This document shows positions 1-7,319 of a stretch of DNA of 46,716 nucleotides, one piece after another. The DNA is from Syntrophomonadaceae bacterium. GTDB taxonomy: Bacteria; Bacillota; Dethiobacteria; DTU022; UBA8154. The stretch's first letter is position 1. Each line of letters starts with the position of its first letter. The stretch spans positions 1 to 46,716 of the forward strand of contig SLRC01000002.1 of assembly GCA_007131175.1 (NCBI GenBank). The letters run 5' to 3'. Below the pieces are notes generated by a model. It did not search any database. It was given only the letters and a program-made list of their open reading frames with translations, and was not told the origin of the DNA. The translations under genes and the position numbers were made by a program.

Positions 1-1
1 C

Positions 2-514
2 GGTTGTGAAATTATCGGCATCGTGGACCCGGTGGCATCCCAGATTCGACCTGAGACTTTCCGGGAGTTTGTGACTCCGAATTGTCAGGAAGCGAAACAG
101 GTGATTCATGATGCGGGCCGTATTTCCAGTTTATTTATCTGCGGTGATTCCACCAAAGTAATGGAAGAGCTCTGCCAGGTGGGAACACATAGTTTCGCTG
201 TTGATGAACAGATGAATATGAACTACATCCGTGAGCTGGGAGTCAAGTATGGACAGGGCTTTGCTGGAAATCTCAAGTTGACACTGGCCCTCTCCCTGGG
301 GATCATTGACCCCCGTGAGGATACAATAGTTAGTATGGCTGCAGGAGGGAACACTGGCTATACGCTGGCACCTGGCTGAGACATGCCCTTCGATGTTCCC
401 GTGGAGAACATAGACAAAGTATTGGAAGCCAAAGCATGGTTTGAGAAGTTTTACACCAAGTATCCCACGCATGTTAAACCGGCTTACCTGACCCTTGACG
501 ATATGAAAAAGTAA
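2..514 (+). CDS. Uroporphyrinogen decarboxylase/MtaA-CmuA family corrinoid methyltransferase, 5'-truncated by window edge; probable selenoprotein (UGA at 377-379)
   Basis: The frame is open from nt 2 (GCEIIGIVDPVASQI...LFICGD...AGNL). The ORF track stops at TGA 377-379, but the frame continues as GYTLAPG-U-DMPFDVPVENIDKVLEA... to TAA 512-514. This matches the family C-terminal motif (I/L)xPGC(D/E)xPxxxPxEN. The RBS of the next gene directly follows 514. Confidence 0.85.
390..414 (+). promoter_or_regulatory. Putative bacterial SECIS hairpin
   Basis: ATGTTC (393-398) pairs with GAACAT (406-411) around CCGTGGA, extended by C391-G413 and T390-A414. The G-containing apical loop starts about 20 nt after the UGA. 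Confidence 0.6.
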
Positions 515-525
515 GGGGTGATGAA

Positions 526-852
526 ATGAGTGAAAAATTAGTTGTTGATGTTCTGACCCTTGATGCCGTGCAGTGTGCGGCCTGCCAGTATATGTTTGAG
601 GCTATTTCCGCCCTGCCGGAAGATGTCAGGCAACATGTGGAGTTCAAGGAATGGACAATTAAAAACGCAGAGGGAATTGGCAAGTTCATGGAGCTGAACG
701 GAAAGGTTCTGCCCACAATTGCCATTAAGGGAGAACTGGTCTTTGAAAGTCTCATTCCAACCTTTGAAGAGCTTCTTGATGCTCTCGAAGCGAAAGCAAC
801 ATCGGAAGAATTAAAAACGGCAATTGCCAAGGCCCGGGCGGAAGCCAGTTAA
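526..852 (+). CDS. Thioredoxin-fold protein (CAAC)
   Basis: TLDAVQCAACQYM CxxC motif and LPTIAIKGELVF cis-Pro strand; RBS AAGGGGTG upstream. Confidence 0.8.
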   Translation: MSEKLVVDVLTLDAVQCAACQYMFEAISALPEDVRQHVEFKEWTIKNAEGIGKFMELNGKVLPTIAIKGELVFESLIPTFEELLDALEAKATSEELKTAIAKARAEAS

Positions 853-868
853 AGGAAAACGAAGAAAT

Positions 869-906
869 AAGAGGGGTAGAAGGATTAATCTTCTTTTATC
901 CCTCTT
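869..906 (+). terminator. Intra-operon stem-loop (terminator or mRNA-stabilising hairpin)
   Basis: AAGAGGGGTAGAAGGA (869-884) pairs with TTCTTTTATCCCTCTT (891-906): 16 bp including G-U pairs, 6-nt loop, pyrimidine-rich tail. Confidence 0.5.
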
Positions 907-922
907 TCCCTTCCTGTTTAGG

Positions 923-1792
923 ATGGTGGTTATATTGCCCTATCCCCAGTGGCTGCTCAAAAAGATACCTAATTATGATGACTTTTATCAAACCGGATGG
1001 GCACTTACGGGATTAGATACTGTATGCGAACGTGCTGCCTGTCCAAATATATACGAATGCTTTGGGGCCAGGCACCTTACATTCCTTATATTAGGCAGTA
1101 TATGCACGCGTAACTGTGCCTATTGCGCTGTGACCCATGGCCTTCCAACGGATGTGTCCATTGAAGAAGCGGACCGGGTTGTTTCTGCAGTTCTTAAATT
1201 GGATTTGACATATGTGGTTATTACTTCCGTAACCCGCGATGATCTTGAGGACGGAGGTGCATTTCACTTTGCCCGGATTGTGGAATCATTGAAGAAGCAG
1301 ACGGAAGCTGGCATAGAGGTTTTGATTCCGGATTTTGGCGGCTGCCGACTTTCCCTTAAGCGGGTGGTCAGGACAAAACCTGATGTTATAGGGCATAACC
1401 TGGAGACGGTGAGACGGCTACAAAATAAGATCAGGCCCCAAGCTGCTTATGAACTCTCCCTTTCCGTATTGCGTACGATTAAAGAAATGGATGGAACAAT
1501 ATTGACAAAGAGTGGTCTGATGCTGGGCCTTGGGGAAGAAGATGATGAAATCCTGGAAACGATGCAGGATATCCGGGAAACGGGATGTGATGTGCTTACT
1601 CTTGGTCAATACAGGCAACCGGGAGAGGAGCAAATATCGGTTAACCGATTTATAATGGAGGAAGGTTTTGAATATTTGCGTGCATCAGGTCTGGCCATGG
1701 GATTTAAAAGGGTGATTTCCGGTTCCTATGTGCGAAGTTCCTATGGTGCGGGAGAGATAAAAGATCTGCTGGAGGAAAGGTATGCTGTCTGA
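923..1792 (+). CDS. lipA: Lipoyl synthase (radical SAM)
   Basis: CERAACPNIYEC (CX4CX5C), CTRNCAYC (CX3CX2C) and C-terminal VRSSY. Start is probably ATG 923 or TTG 935 rather than 824. Confidence 0.95.
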   Translation: MVVILPYPQWLLKKIPNYDDFYQTGWALTGLDTVCERAACPNIYECFGARHLTFLILGSICTRNCAYCAVTHGLPTDVSIEEADRVVSAVLKLDLTYVVITSVTRDDLEDGGAFHFARIVESLKKQTEAGIEVLIPDFGGCRLSLKRVVRTKPDVIGHNLETVRRLQNKIRPQAAYELSLSVLRTIKEMDGTILTKSGLMLGLGEEDDEILETMQDIRETGCDVLTLGQYRQPGEEQISVNRFIMEEGFEYLRASGLAMGFKRVISGSYVRSSYGAGEIKDLLEERYAV

Positions 1793-2603
1793 ATGGCGGA
1801 TTCTGTATAGCGGTGCCGGCGGCGGGCCTTATAACATGGCAGTGGATGAGGTTCTTTTAAACGGGGTTATCACCGGAAGTTCTCTGCCAACACTGCGTTT
1901 TTATAACTGGAAGAACGACTGCCTCTCCTTTGGTTTTTTACAAAGAGTGGATGAGCAGATTCGAAAGAACTGTGGTAAGCTTAATGTGGAGATGGTGCGG
2001 CGGCCCACCGGGGGTTATGCAGTTTTGCATGGCCGGGACCTTTGCTATAGTATTGTTGCACCGTTGGATGGTTCGCTGGCTTTTCTCCCGGAAGATGCGT
2101 CACGCCGGGTTGGGGCTGCCCTTGCCACAGGGCTCTGCCACCTTGGAGTGCCGGTTGCACTTTCCTTGCATGAAGAACGGCAAGATTATACAGTGGAAGA
2201 AATATCCTGTGCGGCAGCCGTTTCCCAAAATGAGCTAATTGTAAAAGGGAAAAAAATTGCCGGCAGTGCATCTTTGCGCCGTAAAGGATGTTATTTGCAA
2301 CACGGGTCCATATTTATGGAATATTGTGGAGAGCGCATTTCTGAGCTGCTGGGAAACGCCGCTGGCGATGCTTCCCTTAGCAGCAGGTCTGAAGGGTTAA
2401 GACAGGTATGGGATGAAAAGTTTTCTCTCATGGAGCTCATAACAGCACTTAGGGATGGCTTCAAAAGGCAGCTAAATGTAAATATGGTTCCGGCAGGACT
2501 GGGCGCTTTAGAAAGAGCAGCAACTTATGAATTAATGTACAAAAAATACACAACCCTTGATTATAGGAAGCAGCGGGGGAGGCTTTCACAGCAACATGCT
2601 TGA
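1782..2603 (+). CDS. Lipoate-protein ligase family, LipM-like octanoyltransferase
   Basis: NMAVDEVLL, PTLRFYNW, VRRPTGGYAVLH, GKKIAGSA (catalytic Lys), LQHGSI; Cys in ISCAAA. Confidence 0.85.
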   Translation: MLSEWRILYSGAGGGPYNMAVDEVLLNGVITGSSLPTLRFYNWKNDCLSFGFLQRVDEQIRKNCGKLNVEMVRRPTGGYAVLHGRDLCYSIVAPLDGSLAFLPEDASRRVGAALATGLCHLGVPVALSLHEERQDYTVEEISCAAAVSQNELIVKGKKIAGSASLRRKGCYLQHGSIFMEYCGERISELLGNAAGDASLSSRSEGLRQVWDEKFSLMELITALRDGFKRQLNVNMVPAGLGALERAATYELMYKKYTTLDYRKQRGRLSQQHA

Positions 2604-3975
2604 CCTCATAGTGATTGGCGGCGGTGCAGCAGGCTATGCAGCTGCGCTGCGAACAGCTCAGTTGGGTGGAAAAGTAATACTGGTGGAGAAAGAAAAACTG
2701 GGAGGTACCTGTTTGCACAGGGGATGTATTCCCTCCAAGGTGCTTTTTCAGCAAGCTGCAATTGTTGAGAATTACCGGACTGCTTTAAAGAGCGGGCTGT
2801 TTGAAGATGGGGGGCACATCAACCTTGAGGCCGTGGCCTGCCGCCAGGATGAAGTGATAGGGCGGCTCTTTCTTGGATTAGAGGATCTATTCAGAAAAAG
2901 AAGTATTCCGGTTATCAATGGTAGTGCCATGGTTGAGGGGCCGGGCCGTGTTCGGGTGGCAGACGATCAAGAAGTATACGAAACCAGGAACATACTCATT
3001 GCCGGAGGCTCACGGGAAAGGACCTTTCCATTTTCCGGTATGGAAGGGATCCGGGGGGCAGAGGAAAGCTTGAAACTACCCCAACAGCCATGCCGCGTAG
3101 CTGTGATCGGTGGCGGTAATACAGGCCTGGAATTAGCTGCTGCCTATGCCACCTTTGGTTTTAGCGTGACTGTTGTGGAAAAGGAAAAGGTCCTTCTTCC
3201 GGCACTGCAGGATGAAGAGATAAGTAAGTGGCTGGGGTTTTTACTTAAAAAGCGCGGTTTGAATATCCTCACCGGCACAAATATTAACAACATTGAGAAG
3301 ATAGTAAAAGACGTTAAAAGTGAACTTAAAATAATATATTCCCGTTCGGGAAAAGAGCATGTATTTTGGGTGGACCTGATCATTAACGCATCAGGACGGG
3401 AACCCTGTTTAGATAACTTTGCCCTTGACTGCCTTGGGGTTAAGCACACAGCTAATGGTATTAACGTAAACAAGCATATGGAAACAAAGGTTAAGGGAAT
3501 ATACGCAGCAGGTGATATTACCGGACCTCCCATGCTTGCCCACCGTGCCTATTTTGAGGGAATAACTGCGGCGGAAAATGTTATGGGAATGGATCGGAAG
3601 CTGGATTTGAAAGCTGTGCCTGCATGTCTGGCCGCAAGGCCCGGTGTAGCCTGGGTTGGTCTTACTGAAAAACAGGCCAGGGATGGAGGGCTAAACCCGC
3701 AGGTGGGCCGGTTTCCTTTCAGTGCCAGCGGTGCTGCCGTATTAAAAGGGGAGGAAGAAGGCTTTGTTAAGCTAATCGCCGGTGAGGACGGTATTATTCT
3801 GGGGCTGCAAGTGCTGGGTAACGCTGCGGAAGAGTTGATTATGGAAGGGACACTGGCTGTGCGCCACGGCCTCAGTGTAGAGCAGTTAAGGGAGACAATA
3901 CACCCCCACCCCACACTCCATGAATCGATTTGGGAAGTATGTCTTTCCCTGGAGGGCTTTCCTATGCATGGCTAA
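2596..3975 (+). CDS. lpdA: Dihydrolipoamide dehydrogenase
   Basis: DLIVIGGGAAG FAD motif, GGTCLHRGCIPSK redox disulfide, IYAAGD, HPHPTLHE. Start ATG 2596 overlaps the upstream stop. Confidence 0.93.
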   Translation: MLDLIVIGGGAAGYAAALRTAQLGGKVILVEKEKLGGTCLHRGCIPSKVLFQQAAIVENYRTALKSGLFEDGGHINLEAVACRQDEVIGRLFLGLEDLFRKRSIPVINGSAMVEGPGRVRVADDQEVYETRNILIAGGSRERTFPFSGMEGIRGAEESLKLPQQPCRVAVIGGGNTGLELAAAYATFGFSVTVVEKEKVLLPALQDEEISKWLGFLLKKRGLNILTGTNINNIEKIVKDVKSELKIIYSRSGKEHVFWVDLIINASGREPCLDNFALDCLGVKHTANGINVNKHMETKVKGIYAAGDITGPPMLAHRAYFEGITAAENVMGMDRKLDLKAVPACLAARPGVAWVGLTEKQARDGGLNPQVGRFPFSASGAAVLKGEEEGFVKLIAGEDGIILGLQVLGNAAEELIMEGTLAVRHGLSVEQLRETIHPHPTLHESIWEVCLSLEGFPMHG

Positions 3976-3999
3976 CGCATTTCAAAAGGAGAGAAGCAT

Positions 4000-4527
4000 A
4001 TGATCAGAAACATTTCTTTTATGGGTGCAAATTTACAACTGGAGGACAGTTTGTTTTATCATACTTCCTTCGATTACTGGATTAGTATAAATCGGGACGA
4101 AGGTCTGGTTACTTTTGGCCTCACCCCTGCTTCTCATATTAAGGAAGGCGGTTACCATTCATTTGAATATTTTACTCAGGAGGGGGAGACTGTAGTGCAA
4201 GGCGAGCCCTTTGCCCTGGCGATCACGGGAAAACTAAAGTATCTGGACGTGGTGGCCAGTGGGGTTATTATTTCCCTGAACAGGGAATTGGAGCAAAGCA
4301 CAGCTCCTTGCCAAAATGCGGTAGGCGACAGTTGCTGGCTCGCTTCCATACGCACAGGCAAAGAGGTAGAAATGTTACCCGACCTCATTGAATTCAGCTA
4401 TTACGTTGAACTGCTCCGCATGTACGAAATGCATCGTACCCCTCCGGGGACAAAAGGAGCCGTATCACCCACCTGCCGGAGCGTGTACGAGTCTATCCGG
4501 AAGCAAAAAGGAGTAGAGGGAGGTTGA
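4000..4527 (+). CDS. Divergent glycine-cleavage H-like (lipoyl carrier) protein with C-terminal extension
   Basis: LFYHTSFDYWI..VTFGLT and GETVVQGEPFALAITGKLKYLDVVASGVIISLNREL align with the GcvH pattern G..V..G..F..vEsvK.......PvsG.V...N..L; flanked by lipoylation genes. Confidence 0.65.
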   Translation: MIRNISFMGANLQLEDSLFYHTSFDYWISINRDEGLVTFGLTPASHIKEGGYHSFEYFTQEGETVVQGEPFALAITGKLKYLDVVASGVIISLNRELEQSTAPCQNAVGDSCWLASIRTGKEVEMLPDLIEFSYYVELLRMYEMHRTPPGTKGAVSPTCRSVYESIRKQKGVEGG

Positions 4528-4531
4528 AAGC

Positions 4532-5368
4532 TTGAAATATGCTCCCGCTTTTTTCGGAGAGCTAATAGGAACTTTTATTCTGGTTTTTTTAGGTTGCAGT
4601 ACTGTAGCCGTTACCGTCCTTTTTTCAGCTCATACCAGCCTATTCCATGTTGCTATGCTCTGGGGTATGGCTGTTACGCTGGCTATCTATGCTACGCGAC
4701 ACCTATCCTGTGCCCACCTCAACCCTGCTGTTACGTTGGCGATGGTGATAAGCAGACGTATGTCCATAGATAAGTTGCCTGTATACTTGTTAGCACAATT
4801 ATGTGGAGCTTTTCTGGCGGCTGTGGCAGTTTACATGCTTTTTTCACAACCCATTGCGGAATTCGAACTGATTAACGGTATTACGCGCGGTACGCCGCAA
4901 TCTGTAGCTACAGCAATGATATTCGGTCAATTTTATCCTAACCCGACTCTGGAAATACCATTAATTATCTCTACAGGGGGAGCCTTTGCTGCTGAGGCGG
5001 TCGGAACTTTTATCTTCATTTTCATGATCCTTGCATTGACTGAGGGGTGTAATGTTGGACGCCCTGATGATAATCTTGCCCCTTTGTTTGTAGGCGTAAC
5101 GCTGGCTGTCATAATCTCGATTATCGCCCCTTTAACTCAAGCGGGCCTGAATCCAGCCAGGGATTTATCACCCCGTGTTTTTGCCTACCTGGCCGGTTGG
5201 GATGGAGTGGCTTTCCCTGAGCATTGGCATGGGTTTTTTACTGTTTATGTTCTGGGACCGCTGGCCGGTGGTACGATTGCATCATTGTTGTTTTCCTGGT
5301 TAATCCATCCCCTGATGAGGGGCAAAGATACAGAACTTAACAGTTGTTGTCCTGTTACTGATGATTAA
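4532..5368 (+). CDS. MIP family channel (aquaglyceroporin-like)
   Basis: GELIGTFILVFLG, two NPA boxes (AHLNPAVT, GLNPARD), about six hydrophobic helices; TTG start behind GGAGG. Confidence 0.93.
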   Translation: MKYAPAFFGELIGTFILVFLGCSTVAVTVLFSAHTSLFHVAMLWGMAVTLAIYATRHLSCAHLNPAVTLAMVISRRMSIDKLPVYLLAQLCGAFLAAVAVYMLFSQPIAEFELINGITRGTPQSVATAMIFGQFYPNPTLEIPLIISTGGAFAAEAVGTFIFIFMILALTEGCNVGRPDDNLAPLFVGVTLAVIISIIAPLTQAGLNPARDLSPRVFAYLAGWDGVAFPEHWHGFFTVYVLGPLAGGTIASLLFSWLIHPLMRGKDTELNSCCPVTDD

Positions 5369-5478
5369 GTGGAAAAGCATCTTTAGACGGGTCAGGAACA
5401 AAGGAATTTTAACAGTATAAAACGAATATATTTTTTGCAAATCCCTTTTTCGTTTTACTAAAGGAGCCAGGTGGAAAA

Positions 5479-5820
5479 ATGACAGCCAGGGCAAAAGTAT
5501 TTGCGGGAGCTTGTGGTTTTACCAGCGTGGTAAAAGCTACCCGCATGGATAAAAAGCATGTAAGTGTTAAAATCATATCTGCATGCGAAATGCTGCGCAA
5601 AATGAATGATGATTTAAAAATATTGGATTGGCGGCGGGATCTTTTTTGTAATATCCGTAACTCGGTGGTTTATCGTTCTGCAGACAAGTACCTTATGCAC
5701 ACTGACTGCCCTGTTCCCAGTGCCATTGTCAAAGTAATCCAGATTGAGCTTGACGGCATGGTTCCAATGGATGTTAACATGAAATTTGAAAAGATAAACG
5801 AAGATAATGATGTTTTATGA
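5479..5820 (+). CDS. Conserved small Cys-containing protein (DUF6951-like)
   Basis: GACGF, SACE and HTDCPVPSAIVK motifs; RBS AAGGAG/AGGTGG. Family name is from memory. Confidence 0.6.
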   Translation: MTARAKVFAGACGFTSVVKATRMDKKHVSVKIISACEMLRKMNDDLKILDWRRDLFCNIRNSVVYRSADKYLMHTDCPVPSAIVKVIQIELDGMVPMDVNMKFEKINEDNDVL

Positions 5821-5853
5821 TTTTGAGGATATTTAAAAGGAGGCTTGTTGCTA

Positions 5854-6555
5854 ATGGTATTTGAGGCTGCCTTTTTATCTTCTTCCCTGGATAACGTGAA
5901 ATTGAAAAAAAGAATTTTGGAGCTAGGTGCTCACGAGGTTGGGATTGGCGATGTGAGTGTGGGCATTGCACCGGAGCTGTCACATATGCCACTGGCTATA
6001 TCCCTTGCCATCCAACATCCTTCTCCTCACTCTCAAAATAAAGGTGCTTACCCCTATGCCCACTTTTCCATGACAATTGACCGCCGTTTACTGGAAATTC
6101 AGCGTATTATAACCAGGGGGATACGCCGTCAGGGTTGGCGGGTTTTGCCCATCCCGCCTGATTCCTGCCGTCATGAATCCACTTTTATTTCGAGAATATT
6201 TAACCTGTTTCCTCACAAAACAGCCGCCACCTGTGCAGGCCTGGGTTGGATTGGTAAAAGCGGACTATTAATCAGTTACCGCTTCGGTCCACGTCTCAAC
6301 TGGGCCACAATTCTTACCAATGCCCCCCTGAAAGCAAGCAACAAACCGGTTAAAAAAAGTTTCTGTGACCAGTGTACCTGTTGCGTTGAAGCCTGCCCTG
6401 CCAAAGCTATTAAAAACAATAATTGGGAGTACACCACAAGTTATCGTACAATGATTGATGTTGATAAATGTGCCTCAGAACTGCAAAAAAACAGGAAACG
6501 TTACGGACAGTATGCCTGTGGTATTTGTATGCTGGTTTGTCCAAAGGGCCATTAG
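5854..6555 (+). CDS. QueG/epoxyqueuosine reductase-like 2x[4Fe-4S] protein
   Basis: HKTAATCAGLGWIGKSGLLI, GPR, CDQCTCCVEACP and C..C...CGICMLVCP. Confidence 0.8.
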   Translation: MVFEAAFLSSSLDNVKLKKRILELGAHEVGIGDVSVGIAPELSHMPLAISLAIQHPSPHSQNKGAYPYAHFSMTIDRRLLEIQRIITRGIRRQGWRVLPIPPDSCRHESTFISRIFNLFPHKTAATCAGLGWIGKSGLLISYRFGPRLNWATILTNAPLKASNKPVKKSFCDQCTCCVEACPAKAIKNNNWEYTTSYRTMIDVDKCASELQKNRKRYGQYACGICMLVCPKGH

Positions 6556-6665
6556 GGGAAACCATTAACTTTTTTACTTCTTCTCCCCCCACCGAACAAT
6601 AATCCCCCTGTTTAAATACCATTTACATGTCAATTATGCATATTTTTTCTTTTTTCAAAGAAAAA

Positions 6666-6692
6666 AAAGGAAAAGCATGTTTTAAGACGAAT
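6666..6692 (+). promoter_or_regulatory. Putative SigH-type promoter
   Basis: AAAGGAAAA...GACGAAT; AGGA (6668-6671)-N17-GAAT (6689-6692), in an AT-rich intergenic region. Confidence 0.4.
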
Positions 6693-6888
6693 TAATTCCA
6701 TAAAACAATAACATAAAACAGAAATTTACCATATTCATTTTTTTGCTAAGACAGGTGCTGAACCGTGTTTTGTTACTTTGGAACAATAACTTCGGAAATA
6801 TTCGAAATAAATTTGTTGCCCTTAGGAGAGTAAACAAGGTATTTAACATGGATGCAAATAACTTAAAACGGGGAAAGGGGGAATTTTC

Positions 6889-7278
6889 TTGTCGTACCAG
6901 GATGCATCAACCTACAAAGAACTTATTGAACGTGCATTCCAGGCCAGGGAAGAAAAAAATTACGGACTTGCTGTGGAGCATTTGCGACAGTCACTGGCGG
7001 GATCAATTGATATCCATTTAAAAGGACTTATTTATACGGAGTTGGTATTTCTTTATAAAGAAATGGGGAAATATTTGGAAGCAGCAGGTATGTTACAGGG
7101 TTATGTTGCGGAAAACGGGTCAGTTTTGGCACCTTCTTTGATGCATCAGTTTACATCCATGATTAATTATTTGCAGACCATAGACCAACTTTTAAAAAAG
7201 GCGGATAAACCGGAAGTTCCCTATTCCCAGGTGCCCCGTCTCATTAAGCTTCGTGCGGAAAATATATTGAGGGAATAA
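6889..7278 (+). CDS. Hypothetical TPR-like helical protein
   Basis: TTG start with GGGGGA RBS; TPR-like helix pairs (AFQAREEKNYGLAVEHLRQSL; YKEMGKYLEAA). Confidence 0.6.
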   Translation: MSYQDASTYKELIERAFQAREEKNYGLAVEHLRQSLAGSIDIHLKGLIYTELVFLYKEMGKYLEAAGMLQGYVAENGSVLAPSLMHQFTSMINYLQTIDQLLKKADKPEVPYSQVPRLIKLRAENILRE

Positions 7279-7319
7279 ATAAAAATCGCCGAACCTAATT
7301 AACAAGGGAGGAAATTCCA

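Noticed and set aside
23-379. 118-aa ORF ending at TGA, or a pseudogene call
   Set aside because: Family similarity continues on both sides; it is better explained as a window-truncated gene with Sec read-through to 514.
824-922. N-terminal extension of lipA in the ORF track
   Set aside because: It overlaps the thioredoxin stop and runs through a hairpin; LipA similarity starts near PQWL.
4525-5820. Other TGA stops (GcvH-like 4525-4527, DUF6951-like 5818-5820) as possible Sec codons
   Set aside because: Each falls at the natural end of the protein, is followed directly by the next RBS or gene, and is not at a conserved Cys position.
6743-7021. 92-aa + strand ORF
   Set aside because: No RBS or recognisable motif; it overlaps the better-supported 6889-7278 gene in another frame.
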